DNA of 64,000 nt, from assembly GCA_016871615.1 (NCBI GenBank), contig VHCX01000012.1, forward strand, positions 287 through 64,286, given 5' to 3'. Every line of letters begins with the position of its first letter. The first letter of the stretch is position 1. The notes below the pieces were generated by a model. The model was given only the letters and a program-made list of their open reading frames with translations, did no database searches and was not told where the DNA came from. The position numbers were made by a program, and so were the translations under genes. The DNA comes from Verrucomicrobiota bacterium. GTDB lineage: Bacteria > Verrucomicrobiota > Verrucomicrobiia > Limisphaerales > UBA9464. Of this stretch, positions 47,972-56,750 are shown one piece after another.

Positions 47972-48417
47972 TCCGCCTAATCACGGTGTTGCTCGTCGGC
48001 CTCTGCCTGGAGGCCATCGGCGTGGTGTTCCTGAGCCGCGGCCTCAAGGAGGTGGGCGAGATGGGTCGGGTCAGCGTCCCGGAAGTCCTTCGGTTGTTGC
48101 GCGCCGGGATCACCAACGGTCCGCTGCTGGCGGGAATCGCCTTCGAGGCGGCGTTCTTCGGATGTCTGCTCCATCTGATGTCCCGGGGCGATGTCAGCTT
48201 CGTGTGGCCGTTGACCTCGTTGGGCTTTGTGCTCACGACCCTCGCGGCGAGGTTCGTCCTGCACGAGATGGTGAGTCCGCTGCGCTGGCTCGGCGTCTGC
48301 CTCATCGTGCTGGGGGCCGGGGTCATCACGTACACCGAGAAGGTCAAGCCCAAGGCCGCCCCGGCCGGGGCCGCATCCTCCCCGGCCGCCGGGTTGCCCG
48401 GGAGCCCGGAGCGCTGA
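47968..48417 (+). CDS. Small four-helix DMT-superfamily (EamA/ArnE-ArnF-like) membrane protein
   Basis: ATGA overlap with the upstream stop. About 149 aa with four hydrophobic helices ('MIRLITVLLVGLCLEAIGVVFLS...', '...LRWLGVCLIVLGAGVITY'). Confidence 0.7.
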   Translation: MIRLITVLLVGLCLEAIGVVFLSRGLKEVGEMGRVSVPEVLRLLRAGITNGPLLAGIAFEAAFFGCLLHLMSRGDVSFVWPLTSLGFVLTTLAARFVLHEMVSPLRWLGVCLIVLGAGVITYTEKVKPKAAPAGAASSPAAGLPGSPER

Positions 48418-48467
48418 GCCCCAGCGTCCCGGAAGACCGTCGCCGAACGCCTCCTGCCCCACAGGCC

Positions 48468-49544
48468 ATGTCCAGGAATCCCCTCGTCCACGCCCGCCAT
48501 CCGGGGGCGGTCGCCGCCCTGGTGCTCGCCGGTGTCCTGGCCCTCCTCGGGCCCGGGTGCCGGACCGGGCCCGCCCCGGGGCGTCCCCTGGAACCGGTCC
48601 GGTGCGAATTCCGGCAGACCCACATGGGCATGCCGTTCCGCATCGTCCTGTACGCACCGGATGCGGCCCTCGGAGAGGCCGCCGCGGCAGCGGCCTTTGC
48701 CCGAATCGCCGAATTGAACCTCATCCTCAGCGACTATGAGCCGGAGTCGGAACTCAGCCGGCTTTCGCGATCTGCCGGATCCGGGGCGGTGGTGCCGCTG
48801 GGTCCGGATCTCGCCCAGGTGCTGGAACGCGCCGCGGAGGTTTCGCGCCTGGGCGACGGGGCCTTCGACGTCACGGTGGGACCGTTGGTGGACGTGTGGA
48901 AGCGTGCCCGTCGCCAGCGGCTCCTGCCGGAGGCCGCCCGCGTCGAGGCCGCCCGCGCCGCCACCGGGTGGCGCCACGTGGTGCTGGGGCGGGACGCATC
49001 GGGCCGCAGGACCGCGACGCTCCGGGTGCCGGGCATGCGTCTGGACTTGGGGGGCATCGCCAAGGGGTACGCGCTGGACGAGGCGACCCGGGTGCTCCGA
49101 TCCCGCGGCATACGCCATTCGCTGGTGTCCGGCGGAGGCGACCTCTTCGCCTCCGGATCGCCGCCGGGTCAGCCCGGATGGAAGGTCGAGGTGGGCGAAC
49201 TGGACGTGACCAACGCGCCGCCCGGGCGGGTCGTGTGGCTCAAGGACCGGGCGCTGGTGACCTCGGGCGACCGCTTCCAGCGCGTGGAACTCGGTGGCGT
49301 GCGCTATTCACACCTGGTCGATCCGCGGACCGGTTGGGCCCTGACCCACCCCAGCCAGGTGAGCCTGATCGGCCGGGAGGCCATGACCACCGATGCCCTG
49401 TCCAAGGTCGTGAGCGTGCTCGGGCCGCAGGCCGGTCTTGAGCGGGTCCGCCGCCATCGGGTCGAGGCGCTGGTGTTCCACGCGCCCCGGGGGCGGGTGG
49501 AGGTCGTCGAGACGCCGGGATGGCACCGGTACGAGCGCCGGTGA
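48468..49544 (+). CDS. apbE: FAD:protein FMN transferase (ApbE family), probable lipoprotein
   Basis: Internal ATG at 48468. Signal plus lipobox 'LALLGPGC'. 'HMGMPFRIVLY', 'GAFDVTVGPLVDVW' and 'LDLGGIAKGYALD'. Confidence 0.88.
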   Translation: MSRNPLVHARHPGAVAALVLAGVLALLGPGCRTGPAPGRPLEPVRCEFRQTHMGMPFRIVLYAPDAALGEAAAAAAFARIAELNLILSDYEPESELSRLSRSAGSGAVVPLGPDLAQVLERAAEVSRLGDGAFDVTVGPLVDVWKRARRQRLLPEAARVEAARAATGWRHVVLGRDASGRRTATLRVPGMRLDLGGIAKGYALDEATRVLRSRGIRHSLVSGGGDLFASGSPPGQPGWKVEVGELDVTNAPPGRVVWLKDRALVTSGDRFQRVELGGVRYSHLVDPRTGWALTHPSQVSLIGREAMTTDALSKVVSVLGPQAGLERVRRHRVEALVFHAPRGRVEVVETPGWHRYERR

Positions 49545-49560
49545 CCGGCGCCGTGTCGGC

Positions 49561-50121
49561 TCAGGCAGGTCCGGCCTCGGGAGCGCGGGCGGGTACGGTG
49601 ACCACCAGCCGCAGGCCGTGGGGGGAGACCGGCGAGATCTCGATGTCGCCCCCGCACTGCCGCGCCCGGGCCCTTATGCCGGTCATCCCAAGGCTGGGAG
49701 GCCTCGTCGGACCCTCCGCCGCCGGCCCGAGTCCACGGCCGTCGTCCTCGATGTGCAGGACGATCCGCTGCCCGTCGGAGTGGAGCCGGACCTTCACCGC
49801 CCGGGCCGCCGCGTGTCGGAGGATGTTCGTGAAGGCCTCCTGGGCGATGCGGAAGAGGTGGGTCTCGGTCCCGTCGGAATACCGGCCGATGCCCGAGGCC
49901 TGCAAGTCCACCCCGAGTCGGGTCCGCTGCGAGAACGACTCGGCCAGCCATTGCAGGCCCGCCTCCAGACCGAAGTCGTCGAGGATCACCATGACGACGA
50001 CGGGGGCGACGTCCGGGAACTGCGATATCGGCATGGTCGCGATCGACAGCCCGCCCAGGAACAGGATCAGGAGCGAGATGACGATGGCCAGCGCGGGGCG
50101 GCGGAGGATTCTGGAGAACAT
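49561..50121 (-). pseudogene. Chimeric ORF: the first ~43 aa of an RND efflux pump fused in frame to the C-terminal ATPase half of a NarL-type histidine kinase
   Basis: 'MFSRILRRPALAIVISLLILFLGGLSIATMPISQFPDVAP' matches the AcrB/CzcA-type N-terminus and TM1. From 'LDDFGLEAGLQWL...THLFRIAQEAFTNILRHAAA...HIEDDGRGL...GMTGIRARARQCGGDIEI' it is the HisKA_3-tail plus HATPase_c region, with no H-box. The junction is at about 49981-49998. Confidence 0.7.
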
Positions 50122-50139
50122 GATCGTGGCCCTGGTCGG

Positions 50140-51258
50140 TTATTCCGCGCGGAGCTTGAGGTTCTCGAAGGCCTTGGCCGGCTCCACGAATTCGTAGGTC
50201 ACCTTCTCGTCGCTCTTCACCTGGCGGATGCCTTCCAGGACGATCTTGTCGTTCTCGGTGGCGCCGGAGGTGACGATGAAGGCGTCCTCGATCTCCTCGG
50301 CGATGCGGATACGCTGCTGGACGACCTTGTCGTCCTTGTCCACGAGGAACACGTAGTGGTGGTCGAGCACCTCGAAGGTGGCCTTCTGGGGGATGAGCAC
50401 CGCCCCGGGCACCCTCTTCTTCATCCGGATGTTGCCGGTCTCGCCATGGCGGAGCAGGGCCTTCGGGTTCGGGAAATCGGCCCGGAACGGAATCGTGCCC
50501 GTCTCGTTGTTGAACTCGGCCTCGATGGCGTTGATGCGGACGGGCTGGTCGAAGAGCTTGCCGTTGGCCATGACCAGCTCGACCTGCTTGCGCTCCTCGG
50601 GCTGCTCCTCGGAGTCGTACTCCAGGTAGTCCCGCTCGGGCACGTTGAAGTAGACCCTCACCTCGCTGTTGTCGGAGAGGGTGGTCAGCAGGTCACCCTC
50701 GTCGACGAGGCTGCCCTTCCGCACATGCAGCCGGTCGATCAGGCCGGGGAACGGGGCCTTCAATTGGGTGAACCCGAGATGGGCCTGGGCGAGGTTCACG
50801 TCGGCCAGCGCCTTCTCGAGCTTGGCCCGCACGATGGCCAGCTCGGTGTCCGAGACGACCTTGGTGTCGGCCAGCCGCCGGGTGTTGTCGTATTCGACCC
50901 GGGCGGCCTGGGCCTCGGCCTCGGCGCGCTTGAGCTCGGCCTGGTAGACCAGCGGCTGGACCTTGAACATCAGGGCGCCCTCCTTCACGGCCCGGCCCTC
51001 GGCGACATTCACCGACTCCAGGTAGCCCTTCTCGAGGGCCCGGACCTCGATGTTGCGGGCCGATCGGATCTGGCAGACGAAATCCCGGGTGACCAGCGTG
51101 TCCTGCTTGAGCGGCCGGCTCACGATGACCTTGCCCTTCTCGGCGCCCTCCTCATGACCGTGTCCGGCATGGTGTTCCTTGCATCCGCTCAGCAGCAGCG
51201 CCGCCAGGCAGGTTCCCCACGACAGGCATGTCCCGGCGGTCCATTTGGGCAGTTTCAT
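50140..51258 (-). CDS. RND-type efflux periplasmic adaptor (membrane fusion protein, HlyD_D23-like), lipoprotein
   Basis: Internal ATG at 51258. Lipobox 'ALLLSGC'. Has a barrel-sandwich, a coiled-coil hairpin ('QAELKRAEAEAQAARVEYDNTRRL...') and 'LKAPFPGLIDRLHVRKGSLV'. Lies directly upstream of the truncated pump N-terminus. Confidence 0.88.
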   Translation of the reverse strand: MKLPKWTAGTCLSWGTCLAALLLSGCKEHHAGHGHEEGAEKGKVIVSRPLKQDTLVTRDFVCQIRSARNIEVRALEKGYLESVNVAEGRAVKEGALMFKVQPLVYQAELKRAEAEAQAARVEYDNTRRLADTKVVSDTELAIVRAKLEKALADVNLAQAHLGFTQLKAPFPGLIDRLHVRKGSLVDEGDLLTTLSDNSEVRVYFNVPERDYLEYDSEEQPEERKQVELVMANGKLFDQPVRINAIEAEFNNETGTIPFRADFPNPKALLRHGETGNIRMKKRVPGAVLIPQKATFEVLDHHYVFLVDKDDKVVQQRIRIAEEIEDAFIVTSGATENDKIVLEGIRQVKSDEKVTYEFVEPAKAFENLKLRAE

Positions 51259-51402
51259 TTGCCGGACAGCCTGCGCCCCCTGGCCGCCGGACCGGTATCC
51301 CCTCCGCAAGGAGGGAGGGCGCCGGTCGAAAGGGGGTGGCGTCCGCGTCCAGTCGGTCCATCCTCCCCTGGTTGCCCCGAACTGGAATCCCCCGGGCAAC
51401 GG

Positions 51403-54090
51403 ATGAACTGGATCAAGGTCATGGACTGCAGGTTGCGATGGGTCTTCGGATGCGGGTTCTGGGTCTGCTGGCTGTGCGCCGCGGTTGCCCGGGCCGGCGA
51501 CGACGTCGCGTTGGTGTCCCTGGCGGACCGGTGGCGCTATCTGGCCGCCGGGACCCTGCGGGAGGCGCCGCCCGGCTGGCAGGCCGAGGCCTTTGATGAT
51601 TCGGGGTGGTGGGAGGGACCCGGTGGGTTCGGCACGACGTCCCACGGGGAATCGACGCGATTCCCCAACACCAACGGCTGGGAACGGGTGCTGCTGCGGC
51701 GGGCCTTCGTGGTGCCCGAGGGGGCCGACGTGCGGTGGTTGTCGCTGCGGGTGGATTACGCGGGTGGGTTCGTGCTTGGCCTCAACGGTCGGGAATGGAT
51801 CCGCCGGGGACTGCCCGGGACCCCCGGTGCGCCGGTCCCTCTTTCCGCCGTGCCGGCGCCACGGTCCGCCGGCAATCCCGAACTGATCCCGATGGGCCCG
51901 GCGGAGGGCTGGATCCGACCGGGAACCAACTGGGTCACCTTGCAACTCCACGGCGACGGGGCCGTCTCCCGGTGGCCGGTGTTCACGGGCGAGATCCTCG
52001 CCAACGTCTCGCGGGCACCCTACCTGCAGAACATCTCCTCCAATCGTGCCGAGATCCGCTGTGTCACGCCCTGGCCGCGGTCGATCCGTGTCGACTATGG
52101 CGTGGAATCGGTCACGGAGTCCTCGGTGCGCGGGCCCGAGGGCACCCAGCATGTCGTGCGGCTCGGGGGGCTACGACCGGGCACCCGCTATCGGTACCGG
52201 GTGGTTTTCGGCGCGGAGGGGGAGGGGGGCGCCACCGCGCCGCTCGAATTCCGGACCCTGCCGACCACGGGTCCCTTGACCGTGCAGGTGCTCGGCGACT
52301 CGGGCTGGGGGGATTTCGCCCCGCACTCGGTGGTCGCCGCGATGATGCGCTCGCCGGCCGACCTGGTCCTTCATGTCGGGGACCTGGTCTATCCGGGTTT
52401 CTCACCGACCCTGGCGGATCACCGGTTCTTGAGCGTCCAACGACCGTGGATGCGTTCCCGGGCCTCGGCGTTCTCGTGGGGCAACCACGACTTGTATCAC
52501 GGGCTCGCCCCTCTTGTGGAGATTTTCGGCTCCCCGACCAACGACACGCCGGAGTGGGAGCACGCCGCCGAAAAAACCGTGCCGCAGGCCTACTACTCCT
52601 TCGACGCCGGCGACGTGCACGTCGCGGTGCTCTTCCAACCCTTCCTCGGCCAGTACCAGATGCGAACCAACAGCCCGCAGGCCCGCTGGCTCGACCGCGA
52701 TCTGGGGGCGACCCGCAAGCCCTGGAAGGTGGTCCTGGCCCACATCCCCTGGGAGACCTCGTCGTTGCACCGGTTCGACGACTCGAACTACAACCGGATT
52801 GCGGACGGCGCCGAATTCGCCGAGGTCCTGTTGCCGATCGCCCGACGTCACGGGGTCCAGTTGTATCTTTCCGGCCACGACCACAACTACGAGCGGCTCA
52901 TCCCCTACGACGGGATGACCTCGATCATTACCGGCGGCGGCGGCGCGATTCCCTACGGACTGCGGGAGGTTTCGGCGCTGCAATCGGCGTTCCGGTTGGT
53001 CTACCACTTCACCGAACTCCGCTTCGAGGGGGACACGCTGACCGTGCGTTGCATCAACCCGCAGGGGCGGGTCGAGGACCAGTCGGTGATCCGCCGGGCT
53101 CCCGATCCGGAGCCCTCGGCGAGGGCGTTGGACGGGGGACCCGAGGCTCCCGGCCCCGAGGGATTCCCGCCTTGGGAGAGTCATGGGCTCTCGAGGGCTG
53201 CGGCCATTCCTTCGATCACGGGTCGCTTCAGCAACCTCGGCCGGTTGCGCGTGGCGATGGATGCGGACGATCTGCACCTGGGCATCGACGGGTTGGCGAT
53301 CTCGCAGGGCTCCGACGTGTACCTGTTCCTCGAGGTTCCGGGGCTGCCCGGGGTGGCGTCCCTGGCCGGTCTGGGCAACGGCCGTCGCGAAAACGCCGGC
53401 GATGTGGCGGCGCAGGGGGTGGATGCGCTGGACCTCGCCGAGGGCGTGTCCTTCGACGGGTTCCGCCCGTCGATCGCGGTCGTGGCGGGCGATGTCACGG
53501 CGCAACGGCCGGATCGTCTGTTCCGCCGGCCCGGCTCCGGGACGGCCCTGGGCCAAGGGGTGTTCCGGATGGATGCCGGGTTGACCTCGGTTCCCGGGGT
53601 GCGAATGGCCGCCTGGAACCCGGAGTCGGTGCGCGGCGTGGCGGTTCCGTGGGTGTCGAGCGCGCATTCGCTGCGGGTGTCCATCCCTAGGAGCTCCCTC
53701 GGTGGGCTGCGCCGGGGGCAGACGCTGCGGGTGGCCGCCGGGGTTGGTCTCGAGATGGGGTCCGGCATCCTGACCCGGCGCTTCGATGCGGGTTTCCTCG
53801 GCGGATCCGGCCCGGAGACGGTGTCTGACCGGCCGGTGTTCACGGGCATTCCCGTCATTCTGCCCGAGCCGCCGCCGATCCGGCTCGAGGCCGTTCGACC
53901 CGGCAACGACGACTTGGAGCTTCGCTGGAACGGGGTGGCTGGAGAAGCCTATCGCCTCGAGGTGACCGGCGATCTCCGGGAGCCCTTCGCCCCGTTGCAG
54001 GAGATCCCGGCACGGTCCGACGACGGACCGGCCACCGTCCGCATGAGCCTCGGCTCGGGTGCCAGGTTCTTCCGGGTGCGTGCCCGGTGA
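51403..54090 (+). CDS. Large secreted calcineurin-like metallophosphoesterase (purple-acid-phosphatase-like core) with extra N- and C-terminal domains
   Basis: Internal ATG at 51403 with a signal-like N-terminus. Phosphoesterase motifs 'VLGDSG', 'HVGDLVY', 'GNHD' and 'SGHDHNYER'. About 350 aa follow the catalytic core, ending 'ARFFRVRAR'. Confidence 0.8.
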   Translation: MNWIKVMDCRLRWVFGCGFWVCWLCAAVARAGDDVALVSLADRWRYLAAGTLREAPPGWQAEAFDDSGWWEGPGGFGTTSHGESTRFPNTNGWERVLLRRAFVVPEGADVRWLSLRVDYAGGFVLGLNGREWIRRGLPGTPGAPVPLSAVPAPRSAGNPELIPMGPAEGWIRPGTNWVTLQLHGDGAVSRWPVFTGEILANVSRAPYLQNISSNRAEIRCVTPWPRSIRVDYGVESVTESSVRGPEGTQHVVRLGGLRPGTRYRYRVVFGAEGEGGATAPLEFRTLPTTGPLTVQVLGDSGWGDFAPHSVVAAMMRSPADLVLHVGDLVYPGFSPTLADHRFLSVQRPWMRSRASAFSWGNHDLYHGLAPLVEIFGSPTNDTPEWEHAAEKTVPQAYYSFDAGDVHVAVLFQPFLGQYQMRTNSPQARWLDRDLGATRKPWKVVLAHIPWETSSLHRFDDSNYNRIADGAEFAEVLLPIARRHGVQLYLSGHDHNYERLIPYDGMTSIITGGGGAIPYGLREVSALQSAFRLVYHFTELRFEGDTLTVRCINPQGRVEDQSVIRRAPDPEPSARALDGGPEAPGPEGFPPWESHGLSRAAAIPSITGRFSNLGRLRVAMDADDLHLGIDGLAISQGSDVYLFLEVPGLPGVASLAGLGNGRRENAGDVAAQGVDALDLAEGVSFDGFRPSIAVVAGDVTAQRPDRLFRRPGSGTALGQGVFRMDAGLTSVPGVRMAAWNPESVRGVAVPWVSSAHSLRVSIPRSSLGGLRRGQTLRVAAGVGLEMGSGILTRRFDAGFLGGSGPETVSDRPVFTGIPVILPEPPPIRLEAVRPGNDDLELRWNGVAGEAYRLEVTGDLREPFAPLQEIPARSDDGPATVRMSLGSGARFFRVRAR

Positions 54091-54092
54091 CC

Positions 54093-54122
54093 CCAGGCCC
54101 CGGGGTTTGGTGCGCCTTTTTT
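54093..54122 (+). terminator. Possible terminator after the phosphoesterase gene
   Basis: Imperfect hairpin CCAGGCC-ccgg-GGTTTGG (with two G:U pairs), followed 6 nt later by T6 (54117-54122). The T6 run is unusual in this GC-rich sequence. Confidence 0.3.
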
Positions 54123-54168
54123 CCTGCCGCGATGCCTCCATCCGGCGTAGCCTGCGGGCGTTTCGGAT

Positions 54169-55824
54169 ATGCTGAAGCAACCTGCCACGAAGTACCGCCC
54201 CGCCCCGGTGGTGGACCTGCCCGACCGCCGCTGGCCGGCGCGCACGCTCGCCGCACCCCCCATCTGGTGCAGCGTGGACCTTCGCGACGGCAACCAGGCG
54301 CTGGCCGTGCCGATGAACGTGGCCCAGAAGCTGGAGCTGTTCCAGACGCTCGTCGCCTGCGGGTTCAAGGAGATCGAGGTCGGCTTCCCGTCGGCTTCGA
54401 ACACGGAGTTCGCCTTCAACCGGCGACTCATCGAGGAGAAGCGCATTCCGGACGACGTGACGATCCAGGTGCTGGTGCAGGCCCGGGAAGACCTCATCGA
54501 GCGCACGATCGAGTCGCTGGTGGGTGCCAAGCGGGTGATCATCCACCTCTACAACTCCACCTCGCCGGCACAGCGGCGGGTGGTCTTCGGCAAGGGCCGC
54601 GACGAGATCAAGGCCATCGCGGTGCAGGGTGCCCGCTGGATCCAGGAACGTCTTCACCGGCTGGCAGGCACCGACGTGCGCCTGCAGTACTCGCCCGAAA
54701 GCTTCAGCGCCACGGAGCTGGACTTCGCCCGGGAAATCTCGGAGGCCGTGATGGACATCTGGCAGCCCACCCCGGAGCGCCGGATGATCCTCAACCTCCC
54801 GTGCACGGTGGAGGTCGCGACGCCCAACGTGTACGCCGACCAGATCGAGTGGATGTGCCGCAACCTCCGCAACCGCGACAGCCTGATCATCAGCCTCCAC
54901 ACCCACAACGACCGCAGCACCGGCGTGGCGGCCACCGAGCTGGGGTTGCTGGCGGGGGCCGACCGCGTCGAGGGAACCCTCTTCGGCAACGGCGAGCGCA
55001 CCGGCAATCTCGACGTCGTCGCCGTGGCCCTGAATCTGTACATGCTGGGCATCCACCCGGGCCTCGAGTTCTCCGACCTGGGTCGGATCCGCGAGGTCTA
55101 TGAACGCTGCACGGGCCTGACGGTCCCGCCCCGGCAGCCCTACGCGGGCGAGCTGGTGTTCACGGCCTTCAGCGGCTCCCACCAGGATGCGATCAAGAAA
55201 GGGCTGGCCGAATGGGCTGGCGGCACCCGGATCCATTGGGACGTGCCTTACCTGACGCTTGATCCGGCGGACATCGGCCGCGAGTACCGCGAGGTGATCC
55301 GGGTCAACAGCCAGTCGGGCAAGGGCGGGGTGGCCTACCTGCTCGAGTCCGAGTTCGGCATCGAGCTGCCCAAGGACCTCCAGCGTGAGTTCGGTCCCAT
55401 CGCCAACGACCAGGTCGATGCGCTGGGCCGTGAGGTCCGGGGCGAGGAATTGAAGGCGATGTTCTGGATGGAATATGTCCAGCGCACCGCGCCCTGGGCC
55501 CTGATCCATTTCCATGCCGACGGGGTGGACGGCCTCTTCGAATGCCGGGCCTCGATGACCCGCAACGGTTCAGAACTGGCCGTCCGCGGCCGCGGCAATG
55601 GCCCGATCGCCGCCTTCGTCCACGGCCTGATCGAGACCGGCGTGCCGCGCTTCGAGGTCACCCAGTTCCGGCAGCATTCCCTCGCGTCGGGTGAGGGGGC
55701 CAGCGCCATCGCCTACATCCAGATCCGCACGGCCGACGGAACCACCCGCTGGGGAGCCGGCGTGGACACGAACATCGAACTGGCCTCGATTCAGGCGGTG
55801 ATCAGCGCCCTCAACCGGCTCTGA
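54169..55824 (+). CDS. leuA: 2-isopropylmalate synthase (long, LeuA type 2)
   Basis: 'WCSVDLRDGNQA', 'EIEVGFPSAS', 'LHTHNDRSTGVA' (HxH) and a C-terminal LeuA dimerisation/regulatory domain. 551 aa. Confidence 0.95.
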   Translation: MLKQPATKYRPAPVVDLPDRRWPARTLAAPPIWCSVDLRDGNQALAVPMNVAQKLELFQTLVACGFKEIEVGFPSASNTEFAFNRRLIEEKRIPDDVTIQVLVQAREDLIERTIESLVGAKRVIIHLYNSTSPAQRRVVFGKGRDEIKAIAVQGARWIQERLHRLAGTDVRLQYSPESFSATELDFAREISEAVMDIWQPTPERRMILNLPCTVEVATPNVYADQIEWMCRNLRNRDSLIISLHTHNDRSTGVAATELGLLAGADRVEGTLFGNGERTGNLDVVAVALNLYMLGIHPGLEFSDLGRIREVYERCTGLTVPPRQPYAGELVFTAFSGSHQDAIKKGLAEWAGGTRIHWDVPYLTLDPADIGREYREVIRVNSQSGKGGVAYLLESEFGIELPKDLQREFGPIANDQVDALGREVRGEELKAMFWMEYVQRTAPWALIHFHADGVDGLFECRASMTRNGSELAVRGRGNGPIAAFVHGLIETGVPRFEVTQFRQHSLASGEGASAIAYIQIRTADGTTRWGAGVDTNIELASIQAVISALNRL

Positions 55825-55877
55825 CGCGGGGCCTTGGTGCGGTCGCGGCGGGTTGGGGAATCCTGCCCGGTCCCTCG

Positions 55878-56696
55878 TCACGTTCCGTGCGACGCGGGTG
55901 ACGCCGGAGACAAACCCGTCGGGGATCCGGTTGTTGGGCGGCGGGCCATCCACAAAGCCACACCGGCGGCAAAGATCCACAGGCTGGTGGATTGTCCCGG
56001 GGTGAAGACCCCGGCCACCGGGGCGCTTTGCACCGCATAATCGCCCCGGAAATACTCGCTGACCGACCGGATGGCCGCGTAGGCCATGAGGTACAGCGCG
56101 AAGATCTGGCCCCGGCCATGAGGCCGGCGCGATTGCCAAGCGATGAGGCCGCCGCAGAGGAGCAGGTTGAGTCCGGCCTCGTACAGCTGGGCCGCGTGCA
56201 CGGGGGCACCGTGGGTGACGTGATCGGGGGGGAACCGGATGGCCCAGGGCAGCGTGCAGGCGCGGCCGAAGCAGCAGCCGTTGAGCAGGCAGGCCAGCCG
56301 TCCGAAGACGTGTCCGAGCGCCACCCCGATCGAGAGGCAGTCGGCCGTCGCCCAGAGCGGCAGGCCCTTGCGCCGGATGCCCACGATGCCGGCAAGGGTG
56401 GCCCCGACAAGCCCGCCATAGAACACCAGGCCACCCTTCCAGATGGCCAGCACCTCGCCGAGCGGCTGACCGGCGAAGTCGCGCTGCCAATAGCTGATGA
56501 CGTACAGGATGCGGGCGCCGAGCAGGCCGCCGACCAGCAGCCACGGGAACACGATGTCCTGGAGGGACTGCGGATCGAGTCCCATGGCCCGCCCGCGCCG
56601 GCTGGCGACCCAGGAGCCGGCGAGGAAGCCCATGGCCACCAGCAGTCCGAAGGAGTGCAGCCGGAACGCGCCGAGTTCGAAGAGGATGGGTTTCAT
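55878..56696 (-). CDS. lgt: Prolipoprotein diacylglyceryl transferase
   Basis: 'FRLHSFGLLVAMGFLAG', 'IWKGGLVFYGGLVG', 'GRLACLLNGCCFGR' and 'HAAQLYEAGLNLLL'. The polytopic Lgt pattern holds throughout. Confidence 0.93.
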   Translation of the reverse strand: MKPILFELGAFRLHSFGLLVAMGFLAGSWVASRRGRAMGLDPQSLQDIVFPWLLVGGLLGARILYVISYWQRDFAGQPLGEVLAIWKGGLVFYGGLVGATLAGIVGIRRKGLPLWATADCLSIGVALGHVFGRLACLLNGCCFGRACTLPWAIRFPPDHVTHGAPVHAAQLYEAGLNLLLCGGLIAWQSRRPHGRGQIFALYLMAYAAIRSVSEYFRGDYAVQSAPVAGVFTPGQSTSLWIFAAGVALWMARRPTTGSPTGLSPASPASHGT

Positions 56697-56750
56697 GGGG
56701 CGTTCCGCGGCGATCGGTTCACATGGGAAACGGGGGCGACGGGCACGGCG

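Noticed and set aside
49438-51402. N-terminal 655 codons of the 1550-aa ORF 49438..54090 (+)
   Set aside because: It is antisense to the chimeric ORF and the efflux adaptor gene. The phosphoesterase similarity and a signal-peptide-like N-terminus start at ATG 51403.
52402-55515. 1037-aa minus-strand ORF
   Set aside because: It is antisense to the metallophosphoesterase and leuA. It has no recognisable domains.
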